DNA of 64,000 nucleotides from an uncultured Alphaproteobacteria bacterium (GTDB lineage: Bacteria > Pseudomonadota > Alphaproteobacteria > Rs-D84): NCBI GenBank assembly GCA_944389465.1, contig CALXML010000001.1, positions 79,427 to 143,426 of the forward strand, read 5' to 3'. A program made the position numbers and the translations under genes. The first letter of the stretch is position 1; every line of letters begins with the position of its first letter. The notes under the pieces are model-generated. The model searched no databases, was not told the origin of the DNA, and saw nothing but the letters and a program-made list of their open reading frames with translations. This document shows, one piece after another, positions 48,055 to 57,229 of the stretch.

Positions 48055-49374
48055 ATGTTTAAAAAGATTTTATCTGTGCTGGTTATGTGCGCGGCCGTTA
48101 TTGTGCCGGCGCGCGCCGAATTAAAGGTTGATATTATTGCGGGGGCCACCGAGCCAATTTCAATTGCTGTGCAGAAACTGGAAACGGTGGGAAACGTGTC
48201 GGCAACAGATGCGCAAATGATACGTGATGTTGTGGATGCTGATTTAAAATCTACGGGATTGTTTCGCATAGTTTCACGTGATGCGTTGCCTGAATTTGTT
48301 GAAATGGGTAAAATGCCTGATTTTAAGTTATGGTCCGCGGTCAAGGCACAGGTTTTGGTTCAGGCAAAATTATCTGCTGAATCGGGTGGGCGATACAATT
48401 TGGAATTTTATGTTTGGGATGTAAATGGGCGTGAACAGATAGAGGCACAAAGTCTGGTTTCGTCCAAAAAATCTGTGCGGCGATTGGCGCATATTATGGC
48501 TGATGCGATTTATGAACGTTTGACGGGCGAAGTGGGATATTTTGATACCCAAATTGTGTTTATCGCGGAAACTGGACCTGTGAAAGAACGGGTAAAGCGT
48601 ATGGCCATTATGGACCAAGATGGGTATGGCCTGCGTTATTTGTCAGACGAGGATACTTTTGTTATGTCACCACATTTTTCGCCAAATATGCAGACTATTG
48701 TGTTTCTGTCGTTCCGTGATGATGACCCGATGGTTTGGACGCTGGATTTGGAAACAGGGGAACAGCGACGCTTGGGTCAGTTTGGTGGAATGAATTTTGC
48801 ACCGCGTTTTTCACCTGATGGGACAAAGATTGCTTTGTCATTGGTAAAAAATGGTATTACGCACATATATGAATATGATATTGCAACAAAAAAACTGCGT
48901 CAGTTAACGTTTGGTTATTCGCTGAATACCAGTCCGTCTTATTCACCGGATGGCAAAAAGATGGCTTTTAATTCTGACCGCAGTGGTAACCAGCAAATAT
49001 ATATTCTGGATTTAGAATCAGGCGAAGTTGAACGTATAACATATGGGGCAGGGCGGTATGCAACACCGGCATGGTCGCCGGATGGGCAATTTATCGCGTT
49101 TACAAAAATGGCTGATGATACGTTCTATATCGGGATTATGGACCCGCGGGGACGGAATGAAAAAATTCTGGCTGGTGGTTGGTATATGGAGGCCCCATCA
49201 TGGGCCCCCGGTTCGCGCCGTGTTGTGTATTACGAAACTGAAAAATCGCTGGATGGTATGGAACGGATGAGTCATATTCGCAGTGTTGATATAACAGGGC
49301 AAAATGTTTATGACATTGAATTACCTGATGGCGTGTATGGGGTTGAACCAACATGGTCGCCAAAATTGCCATAA
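48055..49374 (+). CDS. tolB: Tol-Pal system beta-propeller protein TolB
   Basis: Signal peptide MFKKILSVLVMCAAVIVPARA. N-terminal TolB domain plus a WD-like propeller with repeated SP(D/S)G motifs. No tolQRA lies upstream in this window. Confidence 0.9.
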   Translation: MFKKILSVLVMCAAVIVPARAELKVDIIAGATEPISIAVQKLETVGNVSATDAQMIRDVVDADLKSTGLFRIVSRDALPEFVEMGKMPDFKLWSAVKAQVLVQAKLSAESGGRYNLEFYVWDVNGREQIEAQSLVSSKKSVRRLAHIMADAIYERLTGEVGYFDTQIVFIAETGPVKERVKRMAIMDQDGYGLRYLSDEDTFVMSPHFSPNMQTIVFLSFRDDDPMVWTLDLETGEQRRLGQFGGMNFAPRFSPDGTKIALSLVKNGITHIYEYDIATKKLRQLTFGYSLNTSPSYSPDGKKMAFNSDRSGNQQIYILDLESGEVERITYGAGRYATPAWSPDGQFIAFTKMADDTFYIGIMDPRGRNEKILAGGWYMEAPSWAPGSRRVVYYETEKSLDGMERMSHIRSVDITGQNVYDIELPDGVYGVEPTWSPKLP

Positions 49375-49781
49375 GATTTTTGTTTGGTTTATTCGGTGTT
49401 TGTTTTGCATGGGGCGGGGCATTTGCCACGCCCGCAATTGTTGATTATGTAATAGATGGCGATACGTTTGGGGCGCGGGTATTGTTGCCCGATGATATAC
49501 AGGTTAATGTTCGCGTGCGTATTGCAAATATTGATACGCCGGAATTACATGGACAATGTGATGCTGAAATTAAAATGGCTAATCGCGCACGGGACAGGTT
49601 GGTTGAACTGATTCCTGTTGGGGTGATGGTGGATTTGCGTGATATAACAGATGATAAATATCTGGGGCGGATTGATGCGCTGGTTACATTGCCGGATGGA
49701 CGTGATGTGTCGCAAATTTTGTTAAATGAAAAATTGAGCCGGCCATATGATGGCGGCCGGCGTGGTTCGTGGTGTGAATAA
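49353..49781 (+). CDS. Secreted thermonuclease (staphylococcal nuclease-like, SNase family)
   Basis: Signal peptide, then DGDTFGARV...RVRIANIDTPEL, which are SNase motifs. Overlaps the tolB 3' end by 22 nt. Confidence 0.7.
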   Translation: MVAKIAIRFLFGLFGVCFAWGGAFATPAIVDYVIDGDTFGARVLLPDDIQVNVRVRIANIDTPELHGQCDAEIKMANRARDRLVELIPVGVMVDLRDITDDKYLGRIDALVTLPDGRDVSQILLNEKLSRPYDGGRRGSWCE

Positions 49782-50288
49782 TTATTCTGAATAATAGCAG
49801 TTATTCGTATATGTGCATGTACCGGATGTGTCAGAACAACTGCTGCCACTGGGCAGATAGCATGATGTTATGCTGGTGCTGCCGGTGGGGGATGTGCCGC
49901 CCCCCGGACATTCTGTGCATTGACCTGCAAGAAAGGATGTTGGGGTGCCATAATATCCGGCCGCGCATTTATATGAATATCTGCGTGAACAGGTACATGT
50001 GATTGTGCCGGTCATACCAGTTGGACAATTTGATAGTATGGATGCGGTCCCTGTGGTTATAACACCATTTCTGGTGGTGGTGGTATTTTTGCAGTTACGG
50101 CAAGAGTCGCCCTCGCACGATGAATCAACTGTCCAGTTTGCACCGACAGGCATTTGTGGACACATATAGCATATAATATCCGCATTTGCCGTTGGAATAA
50201 ATATTGTCAGAAAACCACCGATTTTTTTCGGCAAAAAAGGGGAGTAAAAAAATGCAAAAATCTGGGATTTTTTCAAAATTAAAAACAC
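49782..50288 (-). CDS. Cysteine-rich family member with the conserved CYY tail; N-terminus unclear (no obvious signal peptide)
   Basis: Ends ...CPGGGTSPTGSTSITSCYLPSGSSCSDTSGTCTYTNNCYYSE. The ORF-track GTG start lies inside the conserved leader cassette. The first internal ATGs give MCPQMPVG... without a signal peptide. It may be a 5'-degenerate copy. Confidence 0.45.
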   Translation of the reverse strand: MFLILKKSQIFAFFYSPFLPKKIGGFLTIFIPTANADIICYMCPQMPVGANWTVDSSCEGDSCRNCKNTTTTRNGVITTGTASILSNCPTGMTGTITCTCSRRYSYKCAAGYYGTPTSFLAGQCTECPGGGTSPTGSTSITSCYLPSGSSCSDTSGTCTYTNNCYYSE

Positions 50289-50335
50289 CGATTATAATCG
50301 GTGGTTTATTTTCGGCATTTATTTATAATATATGT
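50215..50335 (-). promoter_or_regulatory. Second copy of the conserved leader cassette (GCCGAAA box, hairpin, T-run)
   Basis: About 85% identical to 39095-39230, including the caccgatNNNNatcggtg hairpin. Confidence 0.5.
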
Positions 50336-50392
50336 TACATAAAAAGGCGCGTAACGTCAAACAAAATATCCCGCAAATGCGGGATGTTTTGT

Positions 50393-51100
50393 TTATGCAC
50401 TGTGGCGGTTTATGGCGTCACCAATTTCTTCCAGTGATGCATTGCACGGCAACATTGGTTCAAACCATAAATTTGCAGTACCGCTGTGCATTTTTCCATG
50501 CTTTGGCCAAAATTTACCCGTATCAGTACCAACCGGTAAAATTGGTAATTTTAATTCGTGGGCCAAAAACAGCAATCCGCGCTTTAACTTTACTGGATGG
50601 TTTGGTTTTGTGCGTGTGCCTTCTGGGAATATAATCAGGTTTTGCCCATTCATAATTTTTTTTGCAACTGCGTGGGTTAACTTTTTCATATTTGTTGCCC
50701 CACGTGCGCGATTTACAGGCTGCAGGCCCATACGCCAAAATGCCCAACCGTAAACAGGAATCCACAGTAATTCACGCTTAATAATAAAAAAGAAATTTGG
50801 TATGTGAACGGTTAATATGGCAACCTCTAGGATAGACATATGTTTGGCCGCAATAATGGATTTGCCGTCAAAGCGTATATTTTCATTGCGTGCGACTGGG
50901 ACACCGTTTTCTTCCATTGGGGGATAGTGTATTTCGTATTTTATGCCTGCAATCCAATGGGCCAATCCCAATACACCCATGGCGCATACGCGAATTAAAA
51001 ATCGTATCAGTTTTTTTGATATTAAACCGATAACCAATATTGGTGCCCATAAAACAAAGTATGTGTACAGTGCAATTTTAAAAGTAATGGTTCGTAACAT
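50393..51100 (-). CDS. plsC: 1-acyl-sn-glycerol-3-phosphate acyltransferase family protein
   Basis: FPEGTR motif (LIIFPEGTRTK) and an N-terminal membrane anchor. Confidence 0.7.
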   Translation of the reverse strand: MLRTITFKIALYTYFVLWAPILVIGLISKKLIRFLIRVCAMGVLGLAHWIAGIKYEIHYPPMEENGVPVARNENIRFDGKSIIAAKHMSILEVAILTVHIPNFFFIIKRELLWIPVYGWAFWRMGLQPVNRARGATNMKKLTHAVAKKIMNGQNLIIFPEGTRTKPNHPVKLKRGLLFLAHELKLPILPVGTDTGKFWPKHGKMHSGTANLWFEPMLPCNASLEEIGDAINRHSA

Positions 51101-51122
51101 ATCTGCTTTCCCTTTTTTATGT

Positions 51123-51632
51123 TTAACCTTCTTTTACCCCAAATAATGTGGCGATGTATTTTATATATTCTATGGCCCATCTTTCAAGTCTTTTTGTAAC
51201 GGGCATATCAGACAGCGGTACAGGGCAGGCGACTATTTCTGAATATGGTAATTCATGTTCTATCAGGTATTTGGCGCGATTCATATGGTCTTCGGTTGTG
51301 ATGATTACAATTCTGTCCAGACCCGTTCTTTCTGCGATTTCCTTTATCGCCAATGCGTTTTGGTATGTTGATTTTGATTCTGATTCAATTGTAACGCGGC
51401 GTGCCATATCGTATGAACCAGTTGCGCCCGCACCGATAATATACAAATCTGTGTTTGGATGTTTTTTTAATTGGCGCATTGCAAACGGAATACGGCGCAT
51501 ATCGCCAGTTAATACAAATATAGTATCGTCCGGCAAAATAGTTGCACATCTGCGCGGCGCCATTGATTTAAATATCATTCCACCAATGACAAACAATGTT
51601 ATAACCAATAAAGATGGGGTCAATAACTTCAT
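51123..51632 (-). CDS. DUF218 (YdcF/ElyC/SanA-like) family protein
   Basis: Motifs ...STYQNALAIKEI...ITTEDHMNRA... Start at MKLLTPSLL (ATG 51632). This shares one nucleotide with the upstream ftsX stop codon (ttaATG on the minus strand). Confidence 0.65.
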   Translation of the reverse strand: MKLLTPSLLVITLFVIGGMIFKSMAPRRCATILPDDTIFVLTGDMRRIPFAMRQLKKHPNTDLYIIGAGATGSYDMARRVTIESESKSTYQNALAIKEIAERTGLDRIVIITTEDHMNRAKYLIEHELPYSEIVACPVPLSDMPVTKRLERWAIEYIKYIATLFGVKEG

Positions 51633-52474
51633 TAACTGTTTTTTAAAATACTGATTGTTGTGCGACGTGTAATCCAAATTGCAAAGATTATTATTGCAAT
51701 TGGCAATAATAACAGTGCAATCCAACCCCATCCAGAAATTCCCAACATTGCCATTAATCCAACGCGCGCACTGTGTGCCGCCCCCAGTATTAACAACAGT
51801 ACCGGTGCGGCAACAATAAATCCTGCACCGCCAGCCATAATGCAAATTTTACCAATTATTATTTGCATTTGATGTGCGACATATGTGTCTGTTGCACCAA
51901 TTTGATTTAATATTTCCAGTTCACGCCGGTGTAATAATGCAGTGTTTCGGGCAATGTATGAAATACACAGGCCGATTGCACCCAACGTTAACAACAGCAC
52001 AAAAGACGATATTAAGATCATTTTCCAACCGGCGGATGTTGAACTTTTTAATGCCTGTGCATGTGTTAAAAATCGTGCATTGTCACCAATTTGTTGTTTT
52101 ACAGATTCTAAATCATCAGATGTATTAAACTGTAATTCATACATTGTTGGTAAATAATTTTCCAATGCAGTCCCACCGCCAGACATCCATGGTCGCAACA
52201 AATCGTGCATTTGTTCCGTTGTGATTTCGGTTATGGATTCTATTTTTTCAGTGTTGCTGTCCAGTATTTTTTTGACGGCATCTGCGTTTTTATTATCCAT
52301 TACCTGTACAGTGGCGGTTAAATCCCATTGGGCATTCCAACGAATAACCCCCGTGCCGATTGCCAAAACAATACCAAATGCCAAAACCGCCAAGAAAGTT
52401 AACAGCGACATAATGCCCGTCATAAATATTGACTGGTCACGAACCAATGAAAATACAATCGGTTTTTTAATCAT
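51632..52474 (-). CDS. ftsX: Cell division permease-like protein FtsX
   Basis: 280 aa. TM1, a large periplasmic loop, then 3 TM segments. Immediately downstream of ftsE. Confidence 0.75.
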   Translation of the reverse strand: MIKKPIVFSLVRDQSIFMTGIMSLLTFLAVLAFGIVLAIGTGVIRWNAQWDLTATVQVMDNKNADAVKKILDSNTEKIESITEITTEQMHDLLRPWMSGGGTALENYLPTMYELQFNTSDDLESVKQQIGDNARFLTHAQALKSSTSAGWKMILISSFVLLLTLGAIGLCISYIARNTALLHRRELEILNQIGATDTYVAHQMQIIIGKICIMAGGAGFIVAAPVLLLILGAAHSARVGLMAMLGISGWGWIALLLLPIAIIIFAIWITRRTTISILKNS

Positions 52475-53269
52475 TTATACATTTCCAATATCATCAAATT
52501 GTTTTGACAGTTCAGAAAAATAGTTTTGTGGTTTTGGACCCTTCCATACCTTTTTAACGGTATCGGTGGTGGTGGGTTTATTAGTATTTGTTCCAATGAA
52601 ATTTACACGATGGTTTTCAACACGAATAACTGGGAATTTATAAGTTTCCATTAATTTGGTACTGTGCGTGGCCAAAATAATTGTTGTTCCAAAAGTTTTA
52701 TTCATTTGAACAAATAATTCCATTAAACGCGATGCGTTTTCGTCGTCCAAATTACCGGTGGGTTCGTCGGCCAGTAAAATTGCAGGTTGGATAATAATGG
52801 CACGCGCAACAGATACGCGCTGTTGTTGGCCACCTGATAAAGTTTTAGGATTGGCATCCGCATATTTGGCCAAACCAACCCATTCCAAAACCTTGATAAC
52901 CAGTTTTTTTATTTTTGATTCAGGCAGTCCGCGCACACGCAGTGGTAATGCAACATTATCAAATACCGACATATGTGATAACAGTGAATATTCCTGAAAT
53001 ACAATTGCCATTTTATGACGCAGGCGTGCGATTTCATCGCGTGTCATATCGTTTGTTACGCGGCCAAATAATTTTATTTGTCCGCGACATGGCTTGTGCA
53101 ACTGATATATTAATCGCAACAGTGTTGTTTTGCCCGCGCCCGATGCACCAGACAGGAAATAAAACGCGCCGGCACTGATGTTAAAAGATACGTCGGATAA
53201 AACCTCGCGCGCATTATCATCATATCGTGCGCCAACATTTGCAAAAGATATAGATGTGTTATCTTCCAT
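52475..53269 (-). CDS. ftsE: Cell division ATP-binding protein FtsE (with C-terminal extension)
   Basis: Walker A GASGAGKTT, signature LSGGQQQR, Walker B LLADEPTGNLD. Confidence 0.8.
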   Translation of the reverse strand: MEDNTSISFANVGARYDDNAREVLSDVSFNISAGAFYFLSGASGAGKTTLLRLIYQLHKPCRGQIKLFGRVTNDMTRDEIARLRHKMAIVFQEYSLLSHMSVFDNVALPLRVRGLPESKIKKLVIKVLEWVGLAKYADANPKTLSGGQQQRVSVARAIIIQPAILLADEPTGNLDDENASRLMELFVQMNKTFGTTIILATHSTKLMETYKFPVIRVENHRVNFIGTNTNKPTTTDTVKKVWKGPKPQNYFSELSKQFDDIGNV

Positions 53270-53319
53270 AGTGAAAATAATATTAAAAAAACATTATATG
53301 GTCAAGTGTACATAAAAAT

Positions 53320-53348
53320 AAAAATGCGCCGTTGGCGCATTTTTTTAT
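53320..53348. terminator. Bidirectional intrinsic terminator (ftsE upstream / pal downstream)
   Basis: atgcgccgttggcgcat hairpin with flanking A- and T-runs. Confidence 0.75.
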
Positions 53349-53749
53349 TCGGCTTCAACAGTTTTGGTTGTTGAATTACGGTTCAGGGCCCAAACCTCTT
53401 CACCGGTGCCGGCGTATTGTGGGCGTTCCTTGCCATACGAAATGGTTTTAACCCGTTCCGGTTCAATTCCATCAGCAATCAAGACGTGTGCCGCGTTACT
53501 CGCACGCAATGCGCCCAATGCCAAATTGTATTCTGTTGAACCGCGTTCGTCACAATGTCCCTCTAGTACGACGTTAACGTTTGGATTCTTTTTCATATAT
53601 AAAGATTGTTGTTCCAAACTTTCGCGTGATTCATCTGATATTTCAGCAGAATCAAATGCAAAAAATACCTTGTCATCATTTATATCGCTGGGCACGCCAC
53701 TGCAGGCGGCTAATGCAAGAATGGCAAAGCCTGAAAGAATTTTTTTCAT
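53345..53749 (-). CDS. pal: Peptidoglycan-associated lipoprotein Pal (OmpA-like)
   Basis: Lipobox LAACSG. OmpA_C motif (NVVLEGHCDERGSTEYNLALGALRA). Confidence 0.9.
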   Translation of the reverse strand: MKKILSGFAILALAACSGVPSDINDDKVFFAFDSAEISDESRESLEQQSLYMKKNPNVNVVLEGHCDERGSTEYNLALGALRASNAAHVLIADGIEPERVKTISYGKERPQYAGTGEEVWALNRNSTTKTVEAE

Positions 53750-53880
53750 ATCATTTCCCCATTTTCCTTACATATTAAAACGTAGCAAATTTTATAAAAA
53801 GTTGTCAATATATGATTTTCTACTTTTTTTGAATTGGGTGTTTGTGATATAATAAACGCGATATAAAAAGGAAGGAAAAT

Positions 53881-54600
53881 ATGAAAAGATTAGTTTCTTT
53901 GGCTGTTTTGCTGGGGTTGGCGATGCCGGCCGTGGCTGCACCCAGTTATTTAACCCGTGACAATAATGGTGGGTATGTTGTCACATATGATTATACGGAC
54001 AAGGCAAAGACCGGTTGGTATGTTGGTGCGCGTGCTGAATTGGGATTCTGGAACTGGGAAAACAAATACAGTGCAGATGATGATTTAACCGGTTTGGACA
54101 ATAATTACAACAGTGATAAGTATTCTTTTGAACCTGTCTTTGGTGGCAGCATATTTGGTGGTACACGTTTTGCTTATTTCTGGCGTGCAGAGCTGGAGGC
54201 TGGATATCTGGGCTATTTCAAGGATAAAGATGCCGCCGCAGAATTTACCATGCAAATTCCGTATGTAATGTTGAATGGATATTACGATTTTACAAATGGT
54301 TTATATTTGGGTGCGGGTGTTGGTGTCGCGATGCCAATAACAACCATTGATATGATTTGGGCGGATGGCAGTGACCGCACAGAATACGGCGTTGCGCCAA
54401 TGGCTGGTGTAATGTTGGGGTATTCATATGAACTGGATGATAATCTGGTTTTGGATTTGCGCTATCGCTTGGCAGGGATGACCGGTGTTGACCAAAAAAT
54501 AGATATGTTTGACACTGATGGGGCACCACACTGGTTCCAAAATGATATAGATTTTATACTGGATAATTCTGTATCAATTGGTATCAGATATGAATTTTAA
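53881..54600 (+). CDS. Outer membrane beta-barrel protein (Omp25/OmpA-like barrel family)
   Basis: Signal peptide MKRLVSLAVLLGLAMPAVA. Alternating amphipathic strands. C-terminal ...GIRYEF with terminal Phe. RBS aaaaaggaagg. Confidence 0.7.
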   Translation: MKRLVSLAVLLGLAMPAVAAPSYLTRDNNGGYVVTYDYTDKAKTGWYVGARAELGFWNWENKYSADDDLTGLDNNYNSDKYSFEPVFGGSIFGGTRFAYFWRAELEAGYLGYFKDKDAAAEFTMQIPYVMLNGYYDFTNGLYLGAGVGVAMPITTIDMIWADGSDRTEYGVAPMAGVMLGYSYELDDNLVLDLRYRLAGMTGVDQKIDMFDTDGAPHWFQNDIDFILDNSVSIGIRYEF

Positions 54601-54662
54601 CATAAAATGCTATTGACCCGATTCGCATAAATATGATATTATTGTTTAGGTAGAGAGAATTG

Positions 54663-57218
54663 ATGAAAAAAGAACTGAAAATTTCAAGGTTGGCAATAAT
54701 TTGCGTCTTGTGTACGGCGGTGTCTGGTGCGTATGGTGCATCGTCGGTTCGGTCGTTGGGTGGCAGTGGCACATATTCCAGTGCGTCTGATGCGGCGGCT
54801 GCGAACAGTGGTTCTGCCGGTTCAACTGCTGCTGTTCGTGGCGGGTCTGTGCGTGTAACGCCGTCGTCTGGTGTTTCTGGGACCGGTACAACAATAAATG
54901 CCGGAACAACAACCAGTGGCCGTGTTGCGACAACGCCGCGTTTATCAATTGGTCATTATTTGGGTGGTGGTACGTCTGTCAGTGGTGGCAGTTCGTTGCG
55001 TCCGCAAACACCGTCAACCGGTGGTGGCAGTATGAATCCGGGGGAATCCGGTGGTGCCAGTGGCTGGCAGGATGCTGTTGACGAATTGTGGGATGAAATT
55101 GATGGGTTGTATGCGGCCGATACTGATATCAGTGACCAATTACAAAACAAGCAAGATGTGCTGACTGCGTCTGATGGTTTGATAACCATTGAAAATGGTG
55201 AAATTTTCATTGAAACAGATAATTTGGCTGGCGCAATAGAAGATAAACTGGGGACATCACGCCAAATTGAATTGGGTGTTGATGGCGGTTATGTTGTGTG
55301 GCGTTATGCCGGTGATGCAGATTGGCAGAATTTGGTCGCACTGGATGATTTACGTGGTCCACAGGGCGAGGCCGGCGAATCCGTCACAGTAGAAGATGTT
55401 ATCAATGGCATAGAAGATGACCTGCAGGCGGCGGTTAATACCGCGGTATCTGCGGCGGTTGCGGCCGAAATTGAAAAGGCTGATTTGGTAACAAATACGG
55501 AGTTAGAAAAGTTTGCGACGGATGTAGTGGAACGTGGCTTACAGGCCAAGGCAAACGCCGCCGATGTTTACACCAAGGCCGAGGTTTATAATAAAACCGA
55601 GGTTGACAGCAAGGTTGCAGACATTGTTGCCGGCGATATGGACGAGGCATTGGCAAACAAAGCAGACAAGACGTATGTTGATACTGAATTATCAAAGAAA
55701 GCGGATAAAACAGAATTAGCAAATTATGCAACAACCGCCAGTGTGTCTGCATTGGGAACAGAAATTGATGATGTAGCCCAAGCGGCCGGTGGCGCGGCGG
55801 CAACTGCAACCGCGGCGGCATCTGATGCGGCGCGGGCGTTAAGTGGTCTGGATGCCAAGGAAAATGTTTCTAATAAACAGCAAACTGTAACAAACAGTGC
55901 GACGGATTATCCGTCCGGTGCGGCGGTAACCGCGGCGTTGGCGGACAAGGCCGATAAAACGGAATTGGCGGGTTATGCCACGACTGATGATTTAGATGCC
56001 AAGGCTGACAAGGCAACAACATTGGCCGGATATGGTATTACCGATGCATATACCACAACACAGATTGATGAAAAGTTAGAAGCCGTAACCGTTGGTGGTA
56101 TGGAGGGTATGGAACAAGTTCTGGCCGGCAAGCAAGATGTTGCCAATATGGCGCAAACTGTTACCGATGATGACACAAAATATCCATCTTCTGCGGCGGT
56201 ATATGGTGAATTGGAAACCAAGGCCAATGCATCTGATTTAAAAACCACAAATGAAACGGTAAATCAGATTGAACAAAACGTTACAAATGTAACGGAAACT
56301 GTTAATGAATTGGATGAAACAATTAATAATGCCGAAACAGGTTTGGTTAAACAGGTTAATGAAATAAACCAAAATGTTACCAATGTGACGCAAAGTGTTA
56401 CAAATATCACAGAACAGGTAACTGAAATTACAAATCCTGAAACCGGTTTGAAATCACAAATAGACGCGGTGGCCACAACGGCTGAATCTGCTGCACAGAC
56501 GGCGCAAACCGCACAACAGACGGCGCAAACCGCACAACAAACGGCGGAACAGGCCCAACAAACAGCCACCGGCGCACAAAGCGCGGTGGAAGCATTGGGG
56601 GCAACTGTTGGTAATGCAGAATCTGGTCTGGTCAAGGATGTTGCCGATGCAGCGGCCGCGGCCAATGATGCCAAGACAACCGCCGGTGCAGCACAGGAAA
56701 CTGCAAATACCGCACAGGAAACAGCCAATGCAGCAAAAAGTGCGGCTGATGCGGCAACTGCGGGATTGGCAAATAAACAGGATAAATTGGAATACACACC
56801 TGAAAATCAGGCATTGAAAACACAGGATATTGAAACCAATGCGGGTTCAACAACAATGTATCCATCGGCCAAGGCTGTTGTGGATTATGTTGCGAATGCT
56901 GTGGCCGAGGGCGTGGACATTAACACCGATAAAATCCAAAACGGTGCGGTTACCATGGAAAAATTGGGTGAAGATGTCAAGGCGGAATTAGATGCCAAGG
57001 CCGATGCAGATTCATTGGGTAAGTTGGCGCAAAGGGACGAAATTACGAATGCCGAGGTTGCGGCCAATGCCGCGATTGAAAAGTCTAAATTGGCGTCTGA
57101 TGTTCAGGCGGCATTGGACAAGGCTGAAAAAGCGGTCAGCACTGATGGTGCGGCTGGGAATAGTGTGCTGGGTACTGATGGTGACGGAAATCCAGTATGG
57201 TACGAAATAGCAATGTAG
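54663..57218 (+). CDS. Large secreted fibre protein 1 (851 aa; Ser/Gly-rich N-terminus, coiled-coil and phage-tail-fibre-like repeats)
   Basis: Signal peptide MKKELKISRLAIICVLCTAVSGAYGA. Repeats include KADKTELAGYATT, LAGYGITDAYT, NAESGLVKDV, KYPSAKAVVDYV and DKIQNGAVTMEKLGED. RBS gagag. Confidence 0.65.
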   Translation: MKKELKISRLAIICVLCTAVSGAYGASSVRSLGGSGTYSSASDAAAANSGSAGSTAAVRGGSVRVTPSSGVSGTGTTINAGTTTSGRVATTPRLSIGHYLGGGTSVSGGSSLRPQTPSTGGGSMNPGESGGASGWQDAVDELWDEIDGLYAADTDISDQLQNKQDVLTASDGLITIENGEIFIETDNLAGAIEDKLGTSRQIELGVDGGYVVWRYAGDADWQNLVALDDLRGPQGEAGESVTVEDVINGIEDDLQAAVNTAVSAAVAAEIEKADLVTNTELEKFATDVVERGLQAKANAADVYTKAEVYNKTEVDSKVADIVAGDMDEALANKADKTYVDTELSKKADKTELANYATTASVSALGTEIDDVAQAAGGAAATATAAASDAARALSGLDAKENVSNKQQTVTNSATDYPSGAAVTAALADKADKTELAGYATTDDLDAKADKATTLAGYGITDAYTTTQIDEKLEAVTVGGMEGMEQVLAGKQDVANMAQTVTDDDTKYPSSAAVYGELETKANASDLKTTNETVNQIEQNVTNVTETVNELDETINNAETGLVKQVNEINQNVTNVTQSVTNITEQVTEITNPETGLKSQIDAVATTAESAAQTAQTAQQTAQTAQQTAEQAQQTATGAQSAVEALGATVGNAESGLVKDVADAAAAANDAKTTAGAAQETANTAQETANAAKSAADAATAGLANKQDKLEYTPENQALKTQDIETNAGSTTMYPSAKAVVDYVANAVAEGVDINTDKIQNGAVTMEKLGEDVKAELDAKADADSLGKLAQRDEITNAEVAANAAIEKSKLASDVQAALDKAEKAVSTDGAAGNSVLGTDGDGNPVWYEIAM

Positions 57219-57229
57219 GGGGAATTTAA

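Noticed and set aside
56264-56797. 177 aa minus-strand Ala-rich ORF
   Set aside because: Antisense shadow of fibre protein 1.
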